Below, piece after piece: positions 10,175 to 20,648 of a stretch of 64,000 nucleotides of DNA. Origin of the DNA: an uncultured Gemmatimonadales bacterium. Its GTDB lineage: Bacteria; Gemmatimonadota; Gemmatimonadetes; Gemmatimonadales; GWC2-71-9. Numbering within the stretch: position 1 is the first letter of the stretch; each line of letters begins with the position of its first letter. Below the pieces are notes generated by a model. The model was not told the origin of the DNA and searched no databases. It saw only the letters and a program-made list of their open reading frames with translations. The DNA lies in the NCBI GenBank assembly GCA_963840165.1, contig CAWIXT010000001.1, forward strand, positions 10,653 to 74,652. The letters run 5' to 3'. The translations under genes and the position numbers were made by a program.

Positions 10175-11020
10175 TCACTTCAGGTACGGCTCAACCCAAC
10201 CGCGGATCGTATCAGATAAGGAGCCGATAGCCGATCCATTTCGCATCAGCCACTCCGTTCCTCGCCTTGCAAGCCCCGCCCTCTGCGGGCCCTTCGCCTC
10301 GGGCAGTCCATCCAAAATCTCCTCGATTTCATTCCGCTCATCCTGAGGAATCCCGTGCCGCTTGAGTGCGGCCCTAATGGAGTTGTAGTTCCCGACTTGG
10401 ACCTGCGAGTTGGTGACGTTTCCGAGTATTCCAGAGAAGCCTTGGATGTTATACGTGATAGTGGATGCCTTCTGCACCTCATCACGAGAAAAGGTCATGC
10501 CCTCACCGAGCACCCCTTCCGCTTCAAGTTTAAGACTCCATTCAAGAATCGCATTCCGGACCGAATCGAGGATGCCGTGGATCTCCGTGCTGCTAACCAA
10601 CAGTGTGGGAACCATTCCTAGCTGAAACTCTCTGGTGTCACCGAAGACCTTCATGAGAATGTTGTGCGGGAGTGGGATTTGCAGTGTTCTGCCGCCTTCA
10701 TCCTTACCCGAGAGTAGGTGCTCGAGTTCCGCCACAGACTGTCCCACGTCGCGGCTTGAAAGGAGATCCATCATCTCGGCATCCCCGACGACCACCGGAA
10801 TCCACCCGTGGAAAGGATTCATGGCCTTTAGGAGTCCACTGACACGCCGATAGGCGGGCACATCCTCTTTACCGTAACCATGCAGTTCTTTCTCGCACCA
10901 TGTACGGAACTCATCCAGCTTGAGCTTCGTGGCGACGACGATTGCCTTGCGGACCAGGTCGTCAACCTTCGTTGAGCCTTCCATCGCCGCTGCTTGTAGC
11001 TCAAGGACTAGTGATTTCAT
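10175..11020 (-). CDS. AbiTii-domain protein
   Basis: LVLELQAAAM...LVRKAIVVATKLKL...WCEKELHGY...VPAYRRV...NPFHGWIP is the typical AbiTii N-terminus. Confidence 0.8.
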   Translation of the reverse strand: MKSLVLELQAAAMEGSTKVDDLVRKAIVVATKLKLDEFRTWCEKELHGYGKEDVPAYRRVSGLLKAMNPFHGWIPVVVGDAEMMDLLSSRDVGQSVAELEHLLSGKDEGGRTLQIPLPHNILMKVFGDTREFQLGMVPTLLVSSTEIHGILDSVRNAILEWSLKLEAEGVLGEGMTFSRDEVQKASTITYNIQGFSGILGNVTNSQVQVGNYNSIRAALKRHGIPQDERNEIEEILDGLPEAKGPQRAGLARRGTEWLMRNGSAIGSLSDTIRGWVEPYLK

Positions 11021-11045
11021 TTATGCGCTGAGATGAGGTTGTGCC

Positions 11046-11145
11046 ATCTAGCGGGCGGCGCATCAGCTGCGGCGACTGCTCCGTGCGGACACTATCTAAC
11101 GCTCCATATAATCAAGCGTCCGCCAGCTGCATGCGCTTGTTAGGC
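11046..11145 (-). mobile_element. Integron attC site
   Basis: Minus strand reads GCCTAAC (R'', contains the stop of ORF 11140-11907) AAGCGCATGCAGCTGGCG ... CGCCGCAGCTGATGCGC ... GCTAGAT (R'-like); imperfect inverted repeat with an extra G; 100 bp. Confidence 0.8.
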
Positions 11146-11907
11146 AATAATCGGTGGTACATACGTAGAAAGAGATAACTTGTCACCATACCGCTTCACG
11201 GTGAAGTCGTTGGTCACTTCGACAAAAGTGCTCACATCCTTCACGTAGCTGAGAACCTTGTCCTTGTCGAGCACAAGACGGCCAGCACTTATAGCTACAA
11301 AAGTCGGGTGTCGCTTACTAAAGTCCTGGGTGATGCTTCCGGCATGATGCACGACAAGATGTCGCACCCCCCAAAGCTCTTCTAAGCGCTCGGCAAGCCG
11401 AGGGGGAAAGCCTCTCGCCCCCATTCGGCTAAGTCGATCTATCCAAGTGGCTGGACCACCTCGATCAATAAAGTTTTGCGCCCACTTGCCTCTCAGCTGT
11501 ACAAGAACACTCTCTAAAGATACTGCGGACTGGAGATCCTCATAGCTGGCGGCCTGTTTCGACTCAGCCATCAGTGGAGCATCTACAGCAGCGCACTCTA
11601 CCATAACATCGTGAAGGAAAGCCTCGGCAAAGGTGACTTCCATGACACAGTACCATTCATGTAAGAACTGCCTGACTGCGAGGTACTGCTGCAGTTGAGT
11701 CGTAACTCCTTGGAATCGACTAACGACCTCTCCTGGCTCCTTAATCTGCTGCAGGCTGTCTATAGCAGCGCGATGGGTATCAGCATCCTTTGCTATGACC
11801 TCAATTAGCTGTTGGAGGCGATTGGTATTCTCGAGGAAGGTGCGCATTGCACCGGTAATCCTTACACCAAGCACGGCTGAGACCTCGGACGACTGTTGCC
11901 TAAACAA
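11140..11907 (-). CDS. HEPN-like hypothetical protein (integron cassette ORF)
   Basis: WGVRHLVVHHAG RxxxxH motif in a helical protein; stop codon lies in the attC R'' box; true start uncertain. Confidence 0.6.
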   Translation of the reverse strand: MFRQQSSEVSAVLGVRITGAMRTFLENTNRLQQLIEVIAKDADTHRAAIDSLQQIKEPGEVVSRFQGVTTQLQQYLAVRQFLHEWYCVMEVTFAEAFLHDVMVECAAVDAPLMAESKQAASYEDLQSAVSLESVLVQLRGKWAQNFIDRGGPATWIDRLSRMGARGFPPRLAERLEELWGVRHLVVHHAGSITQDFSKRHPTFVAISAGRLVLDKDKVLSYVKDVSTFVEVTNDFTVKRYGDKLSLSTYVPPIIA

Positions 11908-11967
11908 GTAATGGATTGCATCTCCCCAAGTGTAACTCCGACCGAGGAACTACCGCGGCTCTAAGCC

Positions 11968-12140
11968 GGACATTTTGCAGAATTATCTCTCTACAAAAGC
12001 GCACCGCAGGATCGCACCGCAGAACCGCCCAAGCCCGCTTTAGACATTTTTTCGACATTACTCTATACAAACCTGAACCAGCGGGACCCACCGCAAAGGC
12101 CCTGAGGCCTTTTGGACATTTGTCGAAATTATCTCTCTAC
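11968..12140. repeat. Three spaced 27-bp direct repeats
   Basis: GGACATTTTGCAGAATTATCTCTCTAC (11968), AGACATTTTTTCGACATTACTCTATAC (12042), GGACATTTGTCGAAATTATCTCTCTAC (12114). Confidence 0.75.
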
Positions 12141-12492
12141 CCAGCAATAGTTTGAAGGTCGGTTTAAGGTCCTGCGCGAAGATGAGTGATGCTCACATCG
12201 TCCCAGCGTCTTGAACTCCTCGCGTTCGACCTGGCTCTTGCACAGTGGCCTACAGAGGAAATAACACTGCTCTATAAAGCAGCAGGCCAACTCCGTGTCG
12301 CCGCCGCTACTCTAGGGTGTGCCGAGGCTTGCTTAGAAGATCACTCCAACGACCTCCTGCTGTCACCTATCAGGAGCGTCTTGTTTATCTAGATCATCCC
12401 CTGATGACTGGCGCTGCACCGTCACCGTGACCGCAAGGAGGGGAAAATCACGGGCGACTCTTGACAATGCAGCGCCGAATGTCTGAACTGCT

Positions 12493-12639
12493 CTACTTCT
12501 TCTTCGTGTCGCCATACCCTGGCTTCGGCACCCGCTCGATAACATGAGTGCTCGGATGCTTCTGCGCCGTCCGCACCGTCGTGAACAGACCCGTTCTCGC
12601 ATCTCGTCCACGCAGTGAGGTTTTTGGCCCCTTGGCCAT
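12493..12639 (-). CDS. Small basic hypothetical protein (48 aa)
   Basis: MAKGPKTSLRGRDARTGLFTTVRTAQKHPSTHVIERVPK, with GGGAGG RBS; GRDAxTGxF is a recurrent small-protein motif. Confidence 0.6.
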   Translation of the reverse strand: MAKGPKTSLRGRDARTGLFTTVRTAQKHPSTHVIERVPKPGYGDTKKK

Positions 12640-12948
12640 AGGATCCTCCCAGTGATGTGTGAAACCAATGAAAAAGAGGAAGCGAGCTCGCGAGCTACCA
12701 AGATGCATCGGGCGTGCCACACGTTGTCCGAATGCGAGCTGAACCTGCTCGGACACAAACAGTCTTCTGCTTCTCCTCAATCACCCTGCTCGCTTAGTAA
12801 TACTGTCCTCCAGAGAGGACAGTGCCTGTGTCGAAGTGACAATGTGTGAAATCATCACCGACATCCTTGTGAATCGTATTGAAGAGCGCACTTTCCTATG
12901 AGGACCCGGCCGGCCTCACGAGTGATGATTCAGTTCTCCCAGGTCACG

Positions 12949-13494
12949 CTCGACTTTATCCGGGAACGACTCGTCTTCGACTAGACGAGACTCGACCTTG
13001 CCCGCATCGGACTAGAAACCGTCCGGGAAAGGCTCGACTTTGTCCGATACCGACTCGCCGGCGTCGGGATCGTGCTCGAACTTGTCCGGATACCGCTCGA
13101 ACTTGTCCGACACCAACTCGGGTGCGTCAGCGTCCCGCTCGACTTCTTCCAGATCGTACTTGTCGCCGAACGCGTCCTGCTCGAGATCTTCCGGAACCTG
13201 CTAGACTCTTTCCAGAACACACTCGGATCCGCCCGGGAGCACCTCGTCGTCATCCGGGTCCAGCTTGTCGCCGGCCGCATCTCACTCGAGGTTAGACGGA
13301 GCCTGCTCGACTTCGTTAGCCTGCGACTCGAGTTTGTCCGGGTCGTGCTCGACTCCGCCCGCATCACACTCGAGATCGTCCGGGTCCTGCTCGAATCCTT
13401 CCGCATCCGACTCGCCGCCGTACGACTCCAGCTCGAATCCGACCGACTCGTACTTGTCGTCGGACGCATCGTACTTGTCGCCGTCAGCATCCGC
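12949..13494. repeat. Degenerate 21-bp tandem array, about 26 units
   Basis: Units start CT(C/T/A)G every 21 bp with no indels, e.g. CTCGAACTTGTCCGGATACCG / CTCGAACTTGTCCGACACCAA. Confidence 0.85.
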
Positions 13495-13702
13495 ATCGGA
13501 CGCTCGCGTCGCAGTACACATGAAATCTGCGCGCGTCGCACCTACAACATGAAATCTTCGCCACAACATTGTGGCACACTTTAAGCATTCACCACTTCCT
13601 CGGCCGAGCGGTCGCCGAGGATGACCTCCCGGACCTACGCAGTATCCTCTATATCGAGACGGCGTCCCGGCACCGCTCGCAGTTTGGAAGGGAGTACGTC
13701 GT

Positions 13703-14395
13703 ATGAACGCGAAGACACGTAGACTCATCGAGATGGGTAACCGGGCATTGAACTTCAGCCAGGCCCATCCGGACGCGAGCGCAGGGTACGTCGCGGCAGT
13801 CGCGCGGCTGGAGAGCCTGCTCACTCGCGCCCAGCAGCTCGCCGATCAGCAGCGTGACGGCATCACCGACGTACGCGCCGCCACCAAGCAGAAACGCGAT
13901 CTGCGCCGGAAGATGAGACGGACCCAGCTCATGCATCTGATGCGGGTGGCGCGAGTCACCCGGGAGATGCCCGAGCTGGCCGCCAAGTTCGTGATCGGTC
14001 CGGAAACCACCCCGTACCTGGCGTTCCAGACTGTCGCCCGCGGAATCGTGACCGAGGCGCAGAGCCACAAGGAGCTGCTGGTGAAGCACGGGCTGGTGGA
14101 GTCGGTGCTCGAAAGCCTGGTGCAGGGGCTGGATCAGTTCGACCAGGCGATCGAAAAGAGCACCGAAGGCCGCCGGGCCCACGTCGGCGCGCGAGCGGAG
14201 CTCGATGCCGTCGCGGAAGAGGTGAAACAGATCGTCCAGGTCATGGACGCTCACAACCACTTCCGCTTCGCCGACAACGCCGAGCCCCTGGCCTCCTGGG
14301 AGAGCGCCACCGCCTCGTTCGAGGGCTCGCGCTCAACCGAGGAAAAGCCGGACACACCCAGTCAACCCTCAACCATAGAAAGGCCGGCGGCATGA
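13703..14395 (+). CDS. Alpha-helical hypothetical protein (230 aa)
   Basis: GGGAG RBS, host-like codon usage, predicted long amphipathic helices. Confidence 0.8.
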   Translation: MNAKTRRLIEMGNRALNFSQAHPDASAGYVAAVARLESLLTRAQQLADQQRDGITDVRAATKQKRDLRRKMRRTQLMHLMRVARVTREMPELAAKFVIGPETTPYLAFQTVARGIVTEAQSHKELLVKHGLVESVLESLVQGLDQFDQAIEKSTEGRRAHVGARAELDAVAEEVKQIVQVMDAHNHFRFADNAEPLASWESATASFEGSRSTEEKPDTPSQPSTIERPAA

Positions 14396-14505
14396 GCTGT
14401 ACTGAGGCGCCCGCCGGGCTAGTCGCGCCGGCAGCGCCTCAGACCGCTGATTCACCGCAGGTCTGGACACCACCAGTCACGAAGGTGGACTGAGAGAGGT
14501 CTTAT

Positions 14506-15195
14506 ATGAGAACGCCATGTCGCTCTGCCCCCGTTCTGCTGGTGGCGCTCGCCGCCTGCCCGGAACGCACCGAACCGATGGTCACGCACCTGTATGCCGC
14601 AACGCCGGCGCTCGGCCGGACGCCTCTTCAGCTCCCCGCCGCGGTCGGCGCGCCCATCACTCAGCCTGTGTTCGACAGGATGATCACCCACCTGGAGGCG
14701 GCTGCCCCCGACAGTACGGTCCGCCTGGGCACTCGAATCGTCAGTCCTAGCTTCGCCCTGGGCGACACGGTGCTCTACCGCTACTTCCGCGGCGATAGCC
14801 TGCTCCTCTCGCGCCGGCGGGTACAACTCTCCGACACTACCAGGGCGCCCGCCCCTCCCTACGGCCAGGTCGCGACATACAGAGGGTGCGCGGTGATCGA
14901 GCGGGGTGGACGGGCGAGCGGTGTCAAATCTGGAAGCATGTGCTGGACTTGGGCCTACACTCGACCCGCCCTGCCGCCGGCCCTGGACTCGGTGATTCGG
15001 ATTGCCCGGATCTTCTTGCTCCCGGCAGCTGGGGAGGTCGAGGCGCGGAAGGTCGGCCAGCCCGTGTCGGCGAAGAACCAGCTCCAGCTCTGTCCGTTTG
15101 CCGTGCTGAGCGACGGCAGGAAGGTAAAGCTCAGGAACTCGTGGAACGTGCCCGGTTGTGATGCGGCCTATAAGATCTGGATAGCGGCAGGCTGA
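14506..15195 (+). CDS. Hypothetical lipoprotein-like protein
   Basis: GAGAGG RBS; N-terminal VLLVALAAC lipobox-like sequence. Confidence 0.55.
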   Translation: MRTPCRSAPVLLVALAACPERTEPMVTHLYAATPALGRTPLQLPAAVGAPITQPVFDRMITHLEAAAPDSTVRLGTRIVSPSFALGDTVLYRYFRGDSLLLSRRRVQLSDTTRAPAPPYGQVATYRGCAVIERGGRASGVKSGSMCWTWAYTRPALPPALDSVIRIARIFLLPAAGEVEARKVGQPVSAKNQLQLCPFAVLSDGRKVKLRNSWNVPGCDAAYKIWIAAG

Positions 15196-15197
15196 AT

Positions 15198-15503
15198 ATG
15201 TATCGTCGTCCCGGGCTCAACGGAAACCGCTCGGCATTCCCGGACCAGGTGGTTCCGGTCGGGAGTCACCCTAACCGCGGACGGCCTCGTCCCCGTCCGC
15301 TGACGCCTCAGGAAGTCGCTCGGGCCTTCGGCTACTATCAGACCCACACTCAGCGCGAAACCGCAGCATTCTTCGGGATCTCTCAGAGCACGGTAGGCTG
15401 CGTCTTTCGCAGGGTCTTTGGAGCGAACGCCGTGCGGGATGCCGAGGCAACTTGGCAAATGAAGCGCGCTCGCCATCTGTCCATGGCCCATCGCGCTGCC
15501 TAA
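15198..15503 (+). CDS. Small HTH protein
   Basis: TQRETAAFFGISQSTVGCV helix-turn-helix pattern. Confidence 0.55.
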   Translation: MYRRPGLNGNRSAFPDQVVPVGSHPNRGRPRPRPLTPQEVARAFGYYQTHTQRETAAFFGISQSTVGCVFRRVFGANAVRDAEATWQMKRARHLSMAHRAA

Positions 15504-16056
15504 AGGCGCACGGCGGTTCCATGGACAGATTGACCATCCTGGCCTCTTGGGAGAGTGCTACCGCCTCGTTCGAGGGCTCGCGCTCAACCGAGGAGAAGCC
15601 GGCTACGCCGGAGGAGACGCCGCCTCTGGGCGGGGAATCGAGCACGGCAGCATGATGTCGGTACGGCGGTACGGCGGTACGGCGGTAAGGGCGGTAGGGT
15701 GAGCCGCCGCCAGGACTCGCGAACCTGGCGGCGGTTTCACGTATCCTCCCTCGGCCAACGAGACCCCCTCTCGGCCTGAACCACTCGCTCATCACTACCA
15801 TCGCTGCAGCAAGAGATTAGTCGGCCAGACTCGCAAGACGACAATGCGACACTTTCATCCGGTTTCTGTCGCAAACTTGACCAATCCGGGTTCGGTTTTC
15901 CCCTATTCAGGCTCGGGCTGCTCCGTAGATTATCCAGCACATCCAGTTCCTCTCCATAATTGCGCAAGATTGTAACCGGCTCTGGGACAGCACTCATGAC
16001 CCGTTGGAGTGCTCGGCTGGAATGCACGCCGGTGGTGACAATCCTCGGAGGGTCTC

Positions 16057-19000
16057 ATGGCATCCACCCCGCTCTTCTGCCTCGGAACCGCCATCATCCT
16101 TCTGGGTGCTTGCGCTAAACCGAGCATCACTGGGTTCAGTCCCACTTATGGACCGCCGGGAACCGAAGTCTCCGTCACCGGCACTCGTCTCGTCAGGGGC
16201 AATCCTGCGGCCACCCAGGTCCAGCTCGGCTCGGTGCCCCAAGCGGATCGGGATGCCACCGCAGTGCTGGTCAAGTTCCGGGTGCAGCCCGGCTCCCTCA
16301 CCGGCCCGATTCGTATCCGGACATCGAGCGGGACTGCAGTATCGAATGGCGTGTTCGAGGTGGTGGACGATCAAAACGAGCCCGAGGGCGGCTACACCTT
16401 CGGGGGAATCGGGAATGTCCAGGCTGCCAACGTCACCCGCACCGGGCTGAACCAGCCGGTGATCATGGGAATTTTCCGCGCCCGCTGGTCACCCAGCACC
16501 GGAGACTTTGCCTTCTTCAAGCCCGAGGGGGACAACGCGTTCAACCGGATGAATGATTTCTGGACCGAGGGAACGTTTGGACTCACCTCGTTCCAGCTGA
16601 ACTACCTGACCAATGCGATCGTCGATCTGCCTCGATCGGTGGACTTCTACTACCATGCAATGCGCCAGCGCGAGATCACCTCCCGGGCGCTCCCGGCCAC
16701 CATCAATCTTCCAGCTAACCAGACGCTCACTGTCGCGTCCGACGGCCAGACGATTTCCGTGCCGTTCACCGCGGGCGCCCTGACCCTCAACGACATCAAG
16801 ACCGCCGTCGACGCGGCCATAGCCGCGGCCGACCCCAATCAGGCCGCGCCCACCTTCACCTTTGCTGTAGCGGGATCGGTTTTCCGGATTCGGACCACAC
16901 GGCCGTATCCCCAAAAAGGGAAACTGGAACTCTCCGGCGGTGCGGTGCCCTGGCTCGGCTTCGGCGCTGAAGGACTCTACAACCTCACGGGCGACGTCGC
17001 CCCAATGATCATGGCCGGCGACCCGATTACGACCGCTCAGGTCACCTTTCCCGCCGCCCAGACTCTCACCATCACGACCGTCGGCGCTCCGACCACCGTG
17101 AACTTTGCGGCCGGGAACATGATGGTGGGCGACATCGTCACCGCCATCCAGGCGGCATTTCCCGGTGAGCCGCAACAGCAGCCATTCACCGTTGCCGCCA
17201 TTGCCGATCCGTTGGATGCGGCTAAGAGCATCCTGGACTTTCGCTCCCGGGTCGATGCCGCGAACGGGGACCATGGCTTCAAGCTGACCATACAAGGGAC
17301 TGCCCGCCCCACCCTGGGACTCAACAGTCCGGCCATCATCCAGCGCTATGAGGCCGAGACCTTTCGTGGGTACCAGGCCATCGATGATGGATTCACCGCC
17401 TTTGCCAACACGCTTCCAGCCGGCACCGATCTCAACACCGTTTTCGGCGCCGCCCGGATGTTCGTCGGCTTCATGGTCGATGACAATCAACTTCGAGCGC
17501 ACGCGAGCGGCGGATCGTTCGACATAAATGGATCGGCTTTTCCGGTGAGCTGGTTCGTCGGCCGGCAGTCGGACAGCCCTGGACCGGTCTTCACCCACGA
17601 GACCGGCCACGCACTGGGTTTCCCGGACCTCTATCGCGTAGACCCGAGCATGCTGGGCACGCCGCCCGGCAACTGGGATGTGATGGACTGCAGCCGCTGT
17701 GATGCGCACTCTACCGCGTGGCTCAAGAGCCGCCACCACAGCAGCAACCAGGTCGATCCCTGGATCGATAACGGACGGCTGGCAGTGCTCGGTCCTCCTG
17801 CCGCCGCCTCCACCTTGACCCGGCAATTCATACTGACGCCGGTGGAGAGCCCCTGGATCACTGCCAACCCCTTCGGGGCAGCCCACCCCGGCATAGAAGT
17901 GGTCCAGGGCATCGAGCTGGTCCCGACCGATCCTGCCGAGGTCTACTTCGTCGAGAACCGGCAGAAAGGCATTTACCGAGCGGATCATCTGGGGTTGCCG
18001 GTGGACTTCAGCACCCAGCTGCCGAGCGAAGGCGTGGTCATGTACCAGGGCCGCCGTCTGCCGACCTCGGGGCTGGCGACCTTCGTGCCGGTCAACCTGC
18101 TCACCCCGATGACCAATCCGGTGAACGCGGTGAACGAGAGCTACGATCAGACTATTACCAACCTCAACCATATCACTATCCGGGTGCTCGACCGCATCAC
18201 CAATCCCGATGCCACCGCCGGGGCGCCCTCGTTCAGCTACCTGGTCCAGGTCACCTGGGGCCAGGGATCGTTCTACGACGTAGCGGTGACGCCGTGGGGT
18301 GCTCCTCCCTGGGAATCCCCCGACATCTGGGTGGACAACCAGGCGCAGAATGGTTGGGGCGTGTACACCCACCACGACGCCGATGGCAATCCGATCGAGA
18401 ACGGGGATGACGTCGCGGTGAACCAGGACAACCGGCTGCACGCCCGGATCCGCAATCTAGGTGACCTGCCATCGACCCAGGACTTCCAGATCATCTGGCG
18501 GCTGGCCTTCCCTCAGGTAGCCGGAGGGGAGATCACCACCGAGCTGGGACGCGTCACCATAACCGAGGACATTCCGGGCCGGGGCTCTGTCATCTCGCCG
18601 GGATTCGTCTGGCGGCCCACCAGCAACAACAACAAGCACGTCTGCATCAAGGTGGAGGTGGTGACGGTACCGGGAGAGCTGAACGGAACCTCCAACAATG
18701 CTGCGCAGGAGAACATCACCCAGTGGTACTCCCCGGGAGCGAGCCCATTCGCTCCCACCGTGCTGACGGTGCGGACCCAGAATCCGTGGCGGATCGGGAT
18801 GCAGATGTGGAGCTCCATGTGCCGGAGGTTCCCAAGGGCTGGACCGTGACGGTCGAGGATGCCCGCGTCCGCCTGCCTCCCGCGGGCGAGAAGGATCAGA
18901 AGATCACCATCCGGGTCTATGGCGGAGCATTTCTACCCATCATACAGAGCGACGGCTTCATTCCCAGCTTCACCGCCAACGTCGAGGCTCGAACTCCTAT

Positions 19001-19787
19001 GGGAGATACCTGGGTGCCCTTCGGCGGCATAACCGCCGTGGTCCACCCGGTGAACCAGAATTCGACCATCGTTCTCGATCCTCCCTCGGGAGTCGGCCCG
19101 ACGGTGGTGCTCACCGGCAGTCTGGCCAGCTCCGGTCCGCTGCGCCCGCCGCTCGGCGGCCGAGAAGTTCACCTCCGGGTCGTGGCCTCGGACAGCACCC
19201 AGACTTGGATAACCGGGATTACCAATCCACAGGGCCGCTTTCAAATTCCTCTGCCACCGCATCTGGTGCAGCAGAGCATCCGGGCCAAACTCTTCCACGC
19301 CGGGGGTAGGGGGTTTGCGCCGACAGCGTCCAATGAGATTTCCCGCAACGTAACCCCGGGCATTCCCGGCATCGGAGTGCCGGGAAACACCGGCGTGGTG
19401 GGTACCGTAACCGCGACCCGAGGTCTTGGCGTCGTCGCCGCCGGTCTCCAGCGGACGGGCATTTTGAGTGTGCTCACCCAGGGAAATCGAGGGTTTACGA
19501 TATTCGCACCGACCGACAGCGCCCTGGCCGCCGCCGGCATTGAAGTCTCGGACGTTCAAGCCGATACAGCAGCCTTGGCCCAGCTCTTGAGCGACCATTC
19601 GGTTCGAGGCCGGCTCAGTCCATGGGAGGTCCGCCAGCATGCGGCGATGAGAACCTTGTCAGGCAAAGCTGTCCGGATTTCTTATGGTCGGAACGTCCTG
19701 AGGGTTGGGGAGGCGAGAGTTGTGGGCGGCCCCATCGAGGTCCCTGGCGGCGTTGTTTATCTGTTAGACAAGCCCATCAGTCGATGA
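16057..19787 (+). CDS. Secreted M6-like zinc metalloprotease with IPT/TIG, Ig-like and C-terminal fasciclin domains (one frameshift near 18790)
   Basis: Lipobox LLGAC; PSITGFSPTYGPPGTEVSVTG (IPT); HETGHALGFPDLY...WDVM; ESPDIWVDN; FTIFAPTDSA...GGVVYLLDK (FAS1) in ORF 18723-19787. Confidence 0.8.
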
Positions 19788-20018
19788 AGCCGGAGGATTT
19801 CGCTTTCGAAGCCGTCATCTAGCGCCAGACCTTAAGTCCTACTGAAGAACTCGCCAGCCTCTGGCCATCAGGGCAGGCCTTACCAGCCTCTCGCCCTAAT
19901 GGCGCGGGGCAGGCCTACCGCCCGCCGCCCGACCGCCTTGCTGCGGCACGCAATCGGATGCCATCATGGGCAGATACGCCCCTGTCACCACATTCCGCCC
20001 CCGAGAGGAGATCCCGCT

Positions 20019-20378
20019 ATGCCTTCATCCGATGCTGTCAACGAGCTCACCGCGCTCAATATCCAGATCGGAGCCAACGAGACCAAAGGGGATGCGTTGG
20101 CGAGGCAGTGGCTGGATCAGGTGATCGCACCCGCGCTGGCCTTCCGCCGGGCCAGTGGAAAGTTCGACGGGCGGGCCGAGTTTCTCGCCGCGGTGGCGCC
20201 CGGTGATAAGCGCGAGACCACCGTCGAGTCGGTTGAGGTCTACGGCGGACGAGCGGTGGTGCGTTGCGTCGTCACGGTTGAAGGACCAACCGGGGAAAAA
20301 CGATTCGACAACCTGCGCCTCTTCGTGCGACACGAAGGGAGGTGGCGGCTGCTGGGTTGGGCCAACGAACCCATCTGA
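20019..20378 (+). CDS. NTF2-like (DUF4440-type) protein
   Basis: AGGAG RBS; FRRASGKFDGRAEFL...VYGGRAVVRCVV...LFVRHEGRWRL. Confidence 0.7.
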   Translation: MPSSDAVNELTALNIQIGANETKGDALARQWLDQVIAPALAFRRASGKFDGRAEFLAAVAPGDKRETTVESVEVYGGRAVVRCVVTVEGPTGEKRFDNLRLFVRHEGRWRLLGWANEPI

Positions 20379-20648
20379 GGCCGCATCCGCTCAACCGTTC
20401 GTACCATTCTCGTTACTAGGCGTCCGAGCGCCGTGGGTCACACCTGTCGCAGTGAGCCCCGAAGATTTCAGCAACGCGACATCCTCCCGACAGACCGATG
20501 TCGTCTTTTCTACACTGAGCCTGGGAAATACGACTGCGCTCCGAAAAGCCGAGGTCGGCCAGAAAAAATGTGACCCTGGCGCACCCCGGTACCCGCCAGT
20601 ATCTGCAAGACATAGCTCGCACATCAGGCAGCATTGGAGGCTCTCGCC

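Larger units (their letters stand above)
14287..15602. mobile_element. 1.2-kb insert bounded by 65-bp direct repeats (attL/attR-like)
   Basis: 14287-14351 and 15538-15602 differ at only 4 positions, all synonymous. Confidence 0.65.

Noticed and set aside
12186-12392. 68-aa ORF
   Set aside because: No motif or clear RBS; cannot be supported as a gene.
14287-15602. Diversity-generating retroelement TR/VR pair
   Set aside because: Three of the four differences are C/T and all are synonymous, so they are not adenine-specific; no reverse transcriptase in the window.
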